Source: Methanobacteriota archaeon
GTDB lineage: Archaea; Methanobacteriota; Methanobacteria; Methanobacteriales; Methanobacteriaceae
Direction: 5' to 3'
Length of the DNA: 64,000 nt
Assembly: GCA_963787255.1 (NCBI GenBank)
Contig: CAWBCJ010000029.1
Coordinates: forward strand, 800,001-864,000
A program made the translations under genes and the position numbers. Below the pieces are notes generated by a model. The model was not told the DNA's origin. It saw only the letters and a program-made list of their open reading frames with translations, and ran no database searches. This document shows positions 32,909 to 44,204 of this stretch, one piece after another (the first letter of the stretch is position 1; the number at the start of each line of letters is the position of its first letter).

Positions 32909-35171
32909 CTAATTAACATCTTTGATAATTCTATTATTCAATACTAGATTTCGAATAATTGGTTTCCATACTATTATATTGTTTTTCATAAATCTGTTAA
33001 TTGAACTTTCTTCTAGTGAAAGTTTAGTGAAAGTGGAATTTTCAAATTCTTTATTTAAAACTACTGCTTTTTTATCTATCTAAATTCAATATAACACAAA
33101 AATCACTTTTATTGTCTAAATACTGCTGTTTTAATTTGCCCATTATTAATTGTTACTAACACAATAAGGAATTTATCCATTCCAGGTTATATTTCCATTC
33201 TTCAAATTCATAAAAATTCCATTATTGGTTCTTAAATCAGTTATTATTCAAATGAATATCTCCATTTGAATAATGTAATATTCATACTTTCTCTTTTATT
33301 GAAATCCCAAGTACCAAATTTAAATATATGTATACTCCTCCAATTCGTTCCGTATGTTATAAGTATGTAGGGATTTGTTTTTTTGGGGATGAGTGTATTT
33401 TAACACGTTTTCTGATTGTGTTTCACTTAAATTGTATTCTTTGATAAGTTTTTCTTTGGCAGTGGCTTTGTCAACTCCCAGAATATTTTTTAGTATTTCA
33501 ACGGTTTGTGTAGTGTTTTTAGTGTATTCATCAAGGGTTAAATATCCTTCATCTCCACTGGTGGCTAACATTCTGAATATTCCTGATGATAAACTTTCAT
33601 TGTTCGTTGTAAAGGCAAAATCAACCCAATAATTCCTTGAAACACTGGGAGATTTATCTTTAAATGTAAATGAACTATCAAATTGTCTTACGGGTAATGT
33701 TTCAATATATCCTAACCTTCCATCAAAAATAACGGGTCGATCTGCAATCCCTGTCCAATAATGGCCATAGCTCCAATCTGAGATAATTACAGTATTTTTA
33801 TCGGTGTTATTTTGAATCCATTGAAGCTACATCATTAAAATCATCATTAACTCCAGGTTTAAGCAGGTAAAAACCGTTATAATTATTTAAAACATGAGGG
33901 TACTAACAATCAAAAGTAGTAAAATTATTGTTAAAATTTTTATTAGACTCTCTCTTTTAAGATTTTTAATATAGCCAATGGCTATACCAATCATTATTCC
34001 TGAACTTATTGCTAATGGAGGTATAACCAGCATAATAAATCTAACACCTTTAAAAAGAGCAAATAATCCCACTATAATCCATACAACTAAAAATATGTAA
34101 AAAAACCATGTTCATTTTATTTAAATACTTTTCTTTCATTTCTTTATTAATTAAAACTCTAAAAATCCAGAATAAGCCTAATAAACCTCCAAAAAATACT
34201 GGACCAATGGAAGAAATGGTTTCATCAAATGAGGCAATTTGCAGCTCTGAAACTGAACTATATACATCAGGCCAGCTTGCAAATGGATTTTGATTTCCTG
34301 ACAATATTAAAAGCTGAAGAGGTCCATAAAATACTTTTACAATGTTTAGATATCCTGTAAAAAGACTCACTAATATGAGGACAACTGCTGAAAAGATAAT
34401 GACAAAATATAAAGTACTTTGTACATTCTTTTTTCTTATTATTCCATAAATTACATAGAAAATACAGAAAACGACGATTATATAAAATAGATATTGCCAC
34501 CCATTCCATGCAAGTGAGAATAAAAACATTGAAAAACTAGCAAGTAATGTGTAAATCAGTTGGTTTTTCTTATTATCATTGTTTACAGCTTCTATGAAAA
34601 ACCATGCTATTAATATGGGGAATAATAATATTGAACATGTCAGTGTCAAACCAGCCAGGAACTGTTCTATAAAATAAAATGGTGCAGTGACAGCAAAAAT
34701 AGCTGCTGCAAAACCTCCATATTCATTAGTGTATTTTTTAACAAAAAAATACGCAGGAATACCGCACAATGGGCCAATGAACGCGGGAAGCCAGAAACAA
34801 ACTGTTAAAAGAGGAATAGTAGTAAATAGATTAACCAGTTTATAAAAAAATGCCGTTAAATAAACTATCAAAGGAGGATAGTCCAAAGGGACCCCTGGAG
34901 GGTAATAAGAGTGTAAATCCCATTCTCGGTTATTTACTATAGAATCGCCGAGATAACCATGATCCAAGTAATTTTTTGTTAATCTGTAATTGTAGTAGGA
35001 ATCAAGTTCATACATGTAAGGTAAGCCATTTTGATCCTGATAATAAGTTTTATCATCGTCTGAAATTCCATAAAGATTTACAGATTCTACTCTGAAAATG
35101 AATCCAACTAGAAATATGATCAAAATAATAAATAATGTTAATAATAAATCTTTTTTTGTTAAATTCAACAT
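32909..35171 (-). pseudogene. aglB: STT3/AglB-like oligosaccharyltransferase, multiply frameshifted
   Basis: YELDSYYNYRL, YYPPG, out-of-frame GWFDTDMF, SVSEL, WIQNNT...ISDWSYGHYW...RPVIFDG, RMLATSGD across shifted frames. Confidence 0.85.
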
Positions 35172-35237
35172 TAGCGTAATATTTATGTTAGTATTATATA
35201 AATATTTGAATTATTGGATTAATAGTGGAAAAAAAAT

Positions 35238-35574
35238 CATGTTCCTTAAAAATAACATTGAAAAACTGTTAGATATTGATTTTACGAAGTTTCCTTATCT
35301 TTTTGTATTAATTTTGTTCTTTATTTTATCAAGAATTCCTTTGTTAAATTTGGGTTTTGGATCTGACCCTGATGCTTGGAGAATTGCAAATTCTGCTTTT
35401 GATTTACATTATTTTAATGTTTATCATCCTTCTAGATTTCCAGGTTATCCTCTTCCTGAAATTTTCAATTCATTAGTTATAAATTATGGATGGCTTGCCA
35501 CGAATATTATAACTATGATTATTTCTTTAATTTCGGTTATTTTAATAGATGAAAGTGAGTCAGGGAGCATCTGA
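35238..35574 (+). pseudogene. Truncated membrane (GT-C-like) protein N-terminus running into a pilin remnant
   Basis: TM helix, GFGSDPDAW, YHPSRFPGYPL; sequence switches to pilin-type DES.QGASEY after about 100 codons. Confidence 0.6.
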
Positions 35575-35695
35575 ATATATCTTATTATTTGGTGGTATCA
35601 TAGTTATTGCGATATCTACGTTATTGATTTACAGAAATTACTTACTTATCAACCATACTTAACTGATCGAGACCTTAATATTGTTAGAAGCTTGT
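35542..35695 (+). pseudogene. Displaced remnant of the class III signal-peptide pilin-like gene
   Basis: LIDES(G)[27 protein letters not shown]...DLNIVRS; no start or RBS; ctgaatatatcttattatt identical to the 32462 gene. Confidence 0.8.
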
Positions 35696-35825
35696 ATCTA
35701 ACGGTTAGAATATTATATATTTTTATAATTAATTTGATTCTATTGATTAGTAATTTTGTTCTAATGCTTATTATTTAATAAAGGACTTATAAACCTAAAT
35801 TTTAATTCAATAAATTAGTATCATT

Positions 35826-35950
35826 ATTTATACCAAAAATCTCATAGTTCATCATTGGAATCATTGCATAAAACGCACTGCTCTGTATTTTCTGTCCTTT
35901 CATTATTCCTTAGAAAGTTAACTACTGCACTGGTTTTGACGAGATTATTT
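35826..35950 (-). pseudogene. Old, decayed 3' remnant of yjjX
   Basis: NNLVKTSAVVNFL...ERTENTEQCVL / AMIPMMNYEIF versus yjjX DNLGQKAGAVSYL...DRTENTEQCILTAMIPRMNEEIY. Confidence 0.75.
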
Positions 35951-36070
35951 ATTCTAATTATTTAAAAAATTAATAAATTTATTTTTCATAATAAAAAGAT
36001 TTATAACTTAATGGATAAATAAGGATGATTAACCTTTTAAAGATGTTTTAATTTCAATTAAGGTAATAAA

Positions 36071-36788
36071 ATGAGATTAATTACGATAATTCCAGCATAC
36101 AACGAAGAAAACGCCATAGGGGATGTTGTAAAATGTTCAATGCAATATTCGGATGTTATGGTGGTTGACGACGGTTCAAGTGACGATACTTATAATCAGG
36201 CAAAGAATTCAGGTGCTGAAGTAATAAAACATGAAAAAAATAGGGGAAAAGGGGCAGCTATAAAATCAGGACTAAATAATGCGTTAAATGAAGGTTATGA
36301 TGCTTTTATTTTAATTGATGGGGATGGACAGCATGATCCAGCAAACATACCATTATTTTCTTCATTTATTGGTGAATACGGTCTTGTTATGGGGTCAAGG
36401 TTTATAAAAGGCAATCCTGAAAACATGCCACTCAGTAGAAGAATATCTAATAAGGTTACAACAAAGCTTATCAAGTATGTAACTGGATACAATCTTACAG
36501 ATAGTCAAAATGGGTTTAGGGCTTTATCAAAAGAGTGTGCAAGGCTTTTTTTGGATATAACGTATGATGATTATGTTTACGAATCTGAAATGATTTATAT
36601 TGCTGCTTTAAATAAAATCTTGTTGAAGGAAGTGGCTGTTTCTCAGTAAGTATGGTCTTGAAAAGTCTCATATAACTAAATTGAATATTTTTAAGTACAT
36701 TTTTTTTATTGGATTGCTTTTAAGCAGAAAATTAAGAAGTAGAGTTAATAAAATTAAACTGATTTTTGAGACCAATTCTATTGGATAG
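36071..36788 (+). CDS. GT2 glycosyltransferase (DPM synthase-like), frameshift near 36645
   Basis: IIPAYNE, VDDGSSD, NRGKG, DGDGQHDP, GSRF, TDSQNGFRA; alternative frame continues SKYGLEKSHI to TAG 36788. Confidence 0.85.
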
Positions 36789-36838
36789 TTATATTTAATA
36801 CATTTCAATCAAGATATATTGATTAAATGATATGAGGA

Positions 36839-37852
36839 ATGTCTTTGAAAAGGTATTATGTATTTATAATCAGTTTATCTTTAATATTTTTGCTTATATT
36901 GTGGATAGGTCCAATTAATATTATAAATGCCTTTAAAACTGCTGATTGGAAGTGGCTTTTAGTCGCGCTTTTTATTCATCTTCTTGCTGTTGGTGTACGA
37001 TCTCTTAGATGGGGTTATATTATAGATAAACCCTATGAATTCAAAAATAATTTCATTGTAAAAACAATAGGACTTTTTGCAGGGAATTTTTCTCCGATGA
37101 GAAGTGCAGGAGAAGTGATGAACGCGGTTGCAGGTAAAAATATCAACAAAATAACATTACATGAAGGTTTATCCGCAGGATTAACTGAAAGATTCTTTGA
37201 TCTTCTTATTGTGGGGCTTTTACTAGTTATGGCTGCCATATGGGTTGAAAATGTGCGATTTTTATCTATTATAGGTGCTTTTTTATCTTTGGCAATTGTA
37301 ATATTGATTTATTTTGTAAACTGGAGAGAAGGTGCAGGCATGTGGATTTATGAAAAGATTCATCCAATTTTATGCAGGCTGCCTTTAAACGAAAAATTTC
37401 TGGAAGGTATGTATTCCAAATTTAAGGATGGCATCGTGGGGATGACTTCATACACTAATTCATTTACTACCGGCCGAAACATGTTTTTAGTGTTTTTTTT
37501 AGCAGTAATATCATGGCTTTTAGAATGTTTAAGGTTATACGTGGTTTTTTATGCTTTCAGTGTTGAAATTAATTTCGCATCAATTGTCATAATATTCCTG
37601 CTTGCAAACTTTATAGGGGTTGTTTCTGTACTTCCTGGAGGTATTGGGGCCATTGAATTATCTTTAACTGGATTATTTTTGTTATTTGGAGTTCCAGAAG
37701 CATTGGCGGGAAGTATAGCTTTAGCTGATCGTTTAGTCTCATTTTGGGTAGTCAGTGCCCTTGGACTTATATTTTCTTCATATTATGCAAAGGACATACT
37801 CGATGAAGTTAAAGAATATACTCTGGGCATTAAGATTGCAAAAGATAAATAA
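36839..37852 (+). CDS. UPF0104/lysylphosphatidylglycerol synthase TM-like flippase
   Basis: RSLRW, ERFFD, PGGIGAIE, DRLVSFW. Confidence 0.85.
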   Translation: MSLKRYYVFIISLSLIFLLILWIGPINIINAFKTADWKWLLVALFIHLLAVGVRSLRWGYIIDKPYEFKNNFIVKTIGLFAGNFSPMRSAGEVMNAVAGKNINKITLHEGLSAGLTERFFDLLIVGLLLVMAAIWVENVRFLSIIGAFLSLAIVILIYFVNWREGAGMWIYEKIHPILCRLPLNEKFLEGMYSKFKDGIVGMTSYTNSFTTGRNMFLVFFLAVISWLLECLRLYVVFYAFSVEINFASIVIIFLLANFIGVVSVLPGGIGAIELSLTGLFLLFGVPEALAGSIALADRLVSFWVVSALGLIFSSYYAKDILDEVKEYTLGIKIAKDK

Positions 37853-37867
37853 AAAAAACTTTATAAC

Positions 37868-37971
37868 TTATTTGAAATAAATTTCATTATTCATCCTTGG
37901 AATCATGGCCGTTAAAACACACTGTTCAGTATTTTCTGTCTTATCAAGCAATCCTTTTGATAAATAACTGA
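37868..37971 (-). pseudogene. Displaced 3' end of a yjjX allele
   Basis: Open 33 codons SYLSKGLLDKTENTEQCVLTAMIPRMNNEIYFK*, 30/33 identical to resident YjjX. Confidence 0.9.
37950..37971 (+). repeat. 22-bp direct repeat, left copy
   Basis: aatccttttgataaataactga identical to 46347-46368. Confidence 0.9.
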
Positions 37972-38087
37972 ATTTTTTATTTTTTTTATAAAATATTGTT
38001 TAAATTAAACATTAATTTGAATAATTTTACTTTATAAATCTTTAATATTTAGTAAGAGTTATTAGTAATCCTTTACCAATAAATATC

Positions 38088-39032
38088 ATGAAAATTTCTG
38101 TTATTATCCCAATGTTCAATGAGGAAGAGAACGTTTTAAATACACTTAATTGTGTGAATGATATTTTAAAGGAATATGATGATTACGAAATTATTGCAGT
38201 AGATGACGGGAGTTATGATAATACCTTTGAATTATCAAGTGAATATGCATCAAATAATCCTAATATTGTTATTTTGCAGCATTCTATAAATAGGGGAATG
38301 GGAGCAGCGCTAAGAACTGGTTTTAAAGAGGCTAGAGGTAATATTGTGATAACAATTGATGCTGATTTGAGTTATGATCCATATTACATTCCAAAGTTAG
38401 TTAATGCGCTTGATGAGGCAACCGATATCGTAGTTGGATCTCAATATATGGCTGGTGGGAAAACCGAAGATATACCTTTTTTAAGACTATTTGTAAGTAA
38501 AATGGCCAATAGGATTGTTGGATATGCTATGGTTGATAATATAAGTACAGTTACCGGCGTTTTAAGGGCATATCGAGAAGAAGTTTTAGATTCAATTGAA
38601 CTCGAATCTAATGGAACAGAGATTAATCCTGAAATACTCGCTAAAGCAAAAGCTATTGGTTTTAGCATAAAAGAAATTCCAGTTACATTAAAGGCAAGAA
38701 AATTAGGTAAATCTAAGGTAAGGTTTAGGTCTACAACTGTATCTCATTTGTTATTTACATTCTATGAAAAGCCTATGATCCTATTTGGTGCAATAGGGTT
38801 TTTTTTATTGTTCATTGGTATCATAAGCGCTATATATCTCTTTTATCAGTTTTTAATTGGAACTTTGGATCCTACAAGGCCTTTAATGCTTTTTATGGTT
38901 TTAATGTTACTTTCGGGGATACAAATATTGATTTTTGGATTTGTTGCAACACAAATAAGTCTTCTTAAACGGGAAATTTACATTGTTCAAAAAGAAAATA
39001 AAGAAATGCATAAGAAGTTAAATAATCAGTGA
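38088..39032 (+). CDS. GT2 polyprenol-phosphate glycosyltransferase with C-terminal TM pair
   Basis: [28 protein letters not shown], two C-terminal TM helices. Confidence 0.88.
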   Translation: MKISVIIPMFNEEENVLNTLNCVNDILKEYDDYEIIAVDDGSYDNTFELSSEYASNNPNIVILQHSINRGMGAALRTGFKEARGNIVITIDADLSYDPYYIPKLVNALDEATDIVVGSQYMAGGKTEDIPFLRLFVSKMANRIVGYAMVDNISTVTGVLRAYREEVLDSIELESNGTEINPEILAKAKAIGFSIKEIPVTLKARKLGKSKVRFRSTTVSHLLFTFYEKPMILFGAIGFFLLFIGIISAIYLFYQFLIGTLDPTRPLMLFMVLMLLSGIQILIFGFVATQISLLKREIYIVQKENKEMHKKLNNQ

Positions 39033-39036
39033 TTTT

Positions 39037-40050
39037 ATGAATAAATCTGCTGTTACTATCATTATTTTGAATTGGAATGGTTGGAAAGACACTATTGAAT
39101 GTTTAGAGTCTCTTTATCAAATCAATTATCCTAATTATAATGTTATTTTAGTGGATAATGCATCTTCTGATGAATCTTTAAAAAAAATAAAAGAATATGC
39201 CGAAGGTAAAATAAAGGTAGAATCTAATTTTTTTAATTATAATTCAGATAATAAACCACTTGATATAGTCAATTATGAAAAAGAAGAATCTGAATTGGGA
39301 TATGGTATGGATTTAGATCATAATGCTTTGATTATTATCAAAAATGAAAAAAATTATGGTTTTGCTGAAGGAAATAATATTGGAATGAGGTTTGCATTTA
39401 AAAATTTAAATTCAGATTATATTCTACTTTTAAATAATGATACAGTTGTAGATAAAGATTTTTTAAATTATATGGTGGAAACAGGAGAAAAAGATGAAGA
39501 AATAGGGATTTTAGGTCCTAAGATATATTATTATAATGATTCACAAAGAATATGGTGTATTGGGGGGAAAATCGACTGGAAGTTTGCCAGAGGTTTGCAT
39601 ATTGGAACAAATGAAGTTGATAGGGGCCAGTATAGTGAAATAAAGGAATTTGATTATATAAGTGGGTCTGCATTCTTAATTAAAAGAGATATTATTGATA
39701 AAGTAGGATTAATGGATAAAAAATTCTTTTTATATTTTGAAGAATCAGATTGGGCTTTAAGGGCATCTGGAAGGGGATATAAATCGGTTTACGTTCCTAA
39801 AGCAAAGGTATGGCATAAAATATCTAAATCTGGAGGGGGGATAACTAAACCTGTTGGGCTGTATTATATAACCCGGAATAGGTGGTTATTTATGAAAAAG
39901 TGGTCTAAAAGGAATGACTATGTTTTTTTCATGGTGTATCAAGCTGTGGGCGCGTTAGTATTACCTATTTTTTTGAGTATTTATTATGGCAATCTTAAGT
40001 TATTTATGGCTTATTATCGCGGAATGAGAGATGGAATTGTTGAAAGATAA
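39037..40050 (+). CDS. GT2 glycosyltransferase
   Basis: ILNWNG, VDNAS, NYGFAEGNN, LLNND, FFLYFEESD, RNR. Confidence 0.9.
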   Translation: MNKSAVTIIILNWNGWKDTIECLESLYQINYPNYNVILVDNASSDESLKKIKEYAEGKIKVESNFFNYNSDNKPLDIVNYEKEESELGYGMDLDHNALIIIKNEKNYGFAEGNNIGMRFAFKNLNSDYILLLNNDTVVDKDFLNYMVETGEKDEEIGILGPKIYYYNDSQRIWCIGGKIDWKFARGLHIGTNEVDRGQYSEIKEFDYISGSAFLIKRDIIDKVGLMDKKFFLYFEESDWALRASGRGYKSVYVPKAKVWHKISKSGGGITKPVGLYYITRNRWLFMKKWSKRNDYVFFMVYQAVGALVLPIFLSIYYGNLKLFMAYYRGMRDGIVER

Positions 40051-40059
40051 TACTGACAA

Positions 40060-40836
40060 CTATCTCAAAAAGCGCATTAAATTATCTGGGAAAACTTTTT
40101 TCTTAATTTTAACTAATAAATCAAATTGTAACAAAAAATAATACATTTTTTGATAAAATATCTGTAAAAATAAGGGATATACTGTACTCCAACTACCGGT
40201 AGTGGTATAAATCCATTTATGGCTAGCTTTATGTTTTTTTACTAATTTTTCCAATGTTGAATAGTATTCTTTTCCTGAAAATGAATATCCTGGAGAAACA
40301 TGATACCCCCCCATAGGGATTACATAAGCATCTAATCCTGCCTCTTTAACACTTAAACAATAATCTGTCGCATATAAATGCCAGTTATCACATGTAGTTT
40401 CATCAAATTTAATTCGTTGAAATACTTTCTGTGGTATAATAATAAGGCATTCATCCAATGTTTGCACTTTAAGTGGGTCTTCAAATGGTACATGTCCGGG
40501 TAATACTGGGGGAACTCCTGTTTTAATTTTTGAAATTAAATAATAATCATATTTACCTGCAACACCTGCAACACCAAGATTTAAAAGGAATTTTAAGTCT
40601 TTTTCTAATTCATTCAATCCATTTAATTCAAATTCAAAATCTTGGTGTATGAACATCAAGTAGGTTCCCTTTGCTTTTTCCCCACCATAATTAAGGGCTT
40701 CGGCAGCAGATTTAAACTTTCCAGTAGTATTATCAATAAGAATTAATTCATAATCCATGGTTTGATATTTCAAACTATTTAATAAATAGTCATCAAGGAT
40801 CTTTTTGTTATTGAATGTGCAAATTATTGAAATCAT
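40060..40836 (-). CDS. GT2-like glycosyltransferase
   Basis: SAAEALNYG, FIHQD, TLDEC, WHLYATDYCL. Confidence 0.8.
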   Translation of the reverse strand: MISIICTFNNKKILDDYLLNSLKYQTMDYELILIDNTTGKFKSAAEALNYGGEKAKGTYLMFIHQDFEFELNGLNELEKDLKFLLNLGVAGVAGKYDYYLISKIKTGVPPVLPGHVPFEDPLKVQTLDECLIIIPQKVFQRIKFDETTCDNWHLYATDYCLSVKEAGLDAYVIPMGGYHVSPGYSFSGKEYYSTLEKLVKKHKASHKWIYTTTGSWSTVYPLFLQIFYQKMYYFLLQFDLLVKIKKKVFPDNLMRFLR

Positions 40837-40837
40837 A

Positions 40838-41494
40838 TTAAACCTCAACAACAGAGATTAATCTATAATAAATTTCATCTGATTCAATTAATTTTAATAG
40901 CATTAAACCAGTTAAAACATGGTTTAGCCAGTTGGGTAATCCAATCATTTTAGGGATAGGTTCCACCTCTTCAACTTTATAATTTTCAAAATTTTTTGAA
41001 AGTAAATATTCTAAATCACTCTTTGTAAAAAAATTTACATGATCTTGTTCTAACATGTGCTCGTAAGTTAAATTATAATTTTTAAGTTCAGAAAAACTTG
41101 TACAATTTGGAACTGAAATTAATATATTTTTTTTAGCAACTCTCTTTGCTTCATTTAAAATTCGGCTTGGTTTTTTAACATGTTCTAAAACCTCGAATAA
41201 TAATACAGTATCAAAAGAATTATCTGGAAAAATTAATTTTTCTGCATTCATTCTATGGGCATCTACACCCTTTTCAAGTGCAATATCTATGTAATCTTGA
41301 ATAATATCAATACCTACACATTCAAATCCTTTTTTTTTAAGTTCAATACAGTAATCTCCTGTTGCACATCCAATATCCAATATTTTTTTTCCGGCATAGC
41401 GAACTGCAAATTCTACTAATTTAGAATATGCTTGATTTTTTTCTGTTTTTAAATACCAATTATCAGTATCTCTGTATATTTCCTCTTTTTTCAT
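40838..41494 (-). CDS. Class I SAM-dependent methyltransferase
   Basis: ILDIGCATG, FPDNSFD, EVLEHV, SVPN. Confidence 0.9.
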   Translation of the reverse strand: MKKEEIYRDTDNWYLKTEKNQAYSKLVEFAVRYAGKKILDIGCATGDYCIELKKKGFECVGIDIIQDYIDIALEKGVDAHRMNAEKLIFPDNSFDTVLLFEVLEHVKKPSRILNEAKRVAKKNILISVPNCTSFSELKNYNLTYEHMLEQDHVNFFTKSDLEYLLSKNFENYKVEEVEPIPKMIGLPNWLNHVLTGLMLLKLIESDEIYYRLISVVEV

Positions 41495-41525
41495 TTAATC
41501 AATCCAATTATTTTGAAGTCAATAT

Positions 41526-42965
41526 TTACAGATTAATTTTAAATATTTGTTTAATTATAATTATATCTTCCTTATCTATTCCTTTTAAAGCATATAACGA
41601 TGATAAATATACTAAAATGGATATAAATGATAAAATTAGTAAATTCCAATCTTTGAGATACAGGATTATGATACTCATAATTAAACTGGCAATAATTATT
41701 TTCAATAAATCTTTAAAAATCTTTTTTGTTTTAATTCTAAAACCATAATTATAGCTAACTTTAAAAATGCCTACTACCAAGACTATTTCTGTTAAAACAG
41801 TTGATATACTCGCACCAATTAAGCCGTATCGTGGAATTAAAATTAAATTTATGAATATATTTATTATCATACATATTCCTGATATTTTGGTCAATATTAA
41901 TTGTTTATTTGTAGCTTCTAATACTCTTGCAAAACCTGCACCTGCAAAGGTAAATACAATTGTCCAGATTAATATTTGCAAAGCAATTATGGAGTTAAGA
42001 TATCCTTGTCCAAAGATTAATAGGATGATCTTATCTGCTAACAGTGTAGTACCAACTCCTAATGGAATTCCAATAATAATCATAAATTTAAAATATTTTT
42101 CATTAATTAATTTCAATAAATCAGGTGAAGAAATGTGAGATTGAGACATTGAAGGAAAAATAGTGACATTAATTGTACTGGGAATAAATAATAGGAATAA
42201 AACTATTCGATAGGCTGCGTTGTACCAACCAACAACTTCATTTCCTTGAATTAGGGAAAGCATTACTGAGTCTATATATGTGTATATTGTCCCGGAAATT
42301 CCTGTTAGACCAAATGGTAAAGCATCCTTAATTATATTTTTCCAGAATTGTTTATTATACTCTAATTTTGGAATTGAAAACTTCAAGATGTAAATAATAA
42401 GATTATAGAATAAGATGACTCCACTTGAAGCCAAATATAGAAAAGAAAATCCGATAACATCAAATTTGTAATATATTGCCCCGATAACGCCTAAAAACAT
42501 TATAATACTAACTAAAATTTGACCTATAGATTGATATTCTATTTTTTCATATGCCTGAAATATAGAATAAAATATTCCACTCATTGAGGTTAAAATAATA
42601 GATAAGGAAACAAGATAAACCACAATTTTAGTTTCTTGAGGATAACCTAATAGGTTCAAGAATAAAACGATTAGACCAAATGTTAAAAAGGCCAGTATTA
42701 TTTTAATTAGTAAAGCATTTTCTAGATATTTCTTTGTTAATGATTTATCTTTGGCAACTTCTCTTACGGTCAATGTACTTAAACCTAAATCAGCAATAAT
42801 AGAAAAAATTCCAGAAAAAGCTAAAGCGAGGGATAGGATACCGAAGCCATCAGCACCAAGATAACGTGCAATATAAATTGTATAAAAGAATATCAAAATA
42901 TAACTTATAATTTGCGATAAAAATAAAATTGTCGTATTTTTTGCTATTCTTCTTACTTTACTCAT
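41526..42965 (-). CDS. Wzx-like oligosaccharide flippase
   Basis: [40 protein letters not shown]; many TM helices. Confidence 0.9.
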   Translation of the reverse strand: MSKVRRIAKNTTILFLSQIISYILIFFYTIYIARYLGADGFGILSLALAFSGIFSIIADLGLSTLTVREVAKDKSLTKKYLENALLIKIILAFLTFGLIVLFLNLLGYPQETKIVVYLVSLSIILTSMSGIFYSIFQAYEKIEYQSIGQILVSIIMFLGVIGAIYYKFDVIGFSFLYLASSGVILFYNLIIYILKFSIPKLEYNKQFWKNIIKDALPFGLTGISGTIYTYIDSVMLSLIQGNEVVGWYNAAYRIVLFLLFIPSTINVTIFPSMSQSHISSPDLLKLINEKYFKFMIIIGIPLGVGTTLLADKIILLIFGQGYLNSIIALQILIWTIVFTFAGAGFARVLEATNKQLILTKISGICMIINIFINLILIPRYGLIGASISTVLTEIVLVVGIFKVSYNYGFRIKTKKIFKDLLKIIIASLIMSIIILYLKDWNLLILSFISILVYLSSLYALKGIDKEDIIIIKQIFKINL

Positions 42966-42994
42966 ATTAATGCACTTCAAATTTATGATTAAAG

Positions 42995-44170
42995 TTAAAT
43001 ACTTTTATAAATTTTCAAATAACTTTTAGCAACCTTTTTCCAGCTAAATTTATCTTTAACGTTATTATAACCATTAATTGCAAGCGTTTTTCTTAAATTT
43101 TCATCTTCAATTAAATTATTAATGGCATTAGAAATCTCGGAAATATCTCTTTCAGATACTAATAATCCAGTTTTCTTATCTTGGATTATATCCGGAATGC
43201 CCCCTATATTAGATCCTATAACTGGCAATTTACAGGCCATAGCCTCAAGTAAAACCACACCAAGCCCTTCAGTATTTCCTTGGGAATCTACGATAGAAGG
43301 GAGCACAAAAAGATTGGATGAATTGTATAACTGTAATAGTTCATCATCTGAAACATTTTTTATTATTTTAACATTATCTTTTAATTTTAAGTCTTTTATG
43401 AGTTCTTTAAGTTTTTTTTCAAGAGGACCTGAACCAACTATAGTTAATTGGACGTTGCTGTGTTCATTTAATACTTTTTTCATTGCTTTTATAAGGTATT
43501 CAAAGCCTTTTCTTTCTATTAAATATCCGACTGCAAGTATTTGGAATACATCTCCATTTTTTGGAATTTCTAAAGGTTTAAAAAAGTGAGTATCTACTCC
43601 AAATGGTATTATTTCCAATTTTTCTTTTTTCAAGCCAACTTCCAGGCATGAATCTCTAGTAGCAGAGCTATTAGTTATAGTTTCAGCTGAATTATTTATT
43701 AACCATTTAAGCGCAAATAGTGTATGGTAGCGTTTGGATAGATATACTTCTTCACCATGTATGGTATTTATATAAGGAATTTTGTATATCTTTTTCAAAA
43801 ATAAAGCACCTAATCCATTGGGAATGGGCCATTGAACGTGTATAATGTCCATATTTTTAAGTTTCATAGAACTTATTAAATTAAAAAAAAGAAATGTTAA
43901 AACTTGAAATTTAACAAGAAAACCTTCTTTAACATTATCTATCATTCCCGATCTTCCACATAATCTCTGGAATCTTTTAGGATAAAAATAATTGAAGCGC
44001 TCAACATTTACACCTTCTAAGGTGTATTTTGTTTTTCCTCCGACAAATGGTGCGATTATTTGTACCTCATGTCCCTGTTTACTTATTTCTCTCATTAGTC
44101 TATGAACAAAAATGCCATGAGGATCATCCTCAAATTCCGGATATGCTGATGTTATTACGCCAATTTTCAT
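42995..44170 (-). CDS. GT4 glycosyltransferase
   Basis: [27 protein letters not shown]. Confidence 0.92.
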   Translation of the reverse strand: MKIGVITSAYPEFEDDPHGIFVHRLMREISKQGHEVQIIAPFVGGKTKYTLEGVNVERFNYFYPKRFQRLCGRSGMIDNVKEGFLVKFQVLTFLFFNLISSMKLKNMDIIHVQWPIPNGLGALFLKKIYKIPYINTIHGEEVYLSKRYHTLFALKWLINNSAETITNSSATRDSCLEVGLKKEKLEIIPFGVDTHFFKPLEIPKNGDVFQILAVGYLIERKGFEYLIKAMKKVLNEHSNVQLTIVGSGPLEKKLKELIKDLKLKDNVKIIKNVSDDELLQLYNSSNLFVLPSIVDSQGNTEGLGVVLLEAMACKLPVIGSNIGGIPDIIQDKKTGLLVSERDISEISNAINNLIEDENLRKTLAINGYNNVKDKFSWKKVAKSYLKIYKSI

Positions 44171-44204
44171 TTAATAATCTCATTCTGTTCTTTTTGATTT
44201 TATG

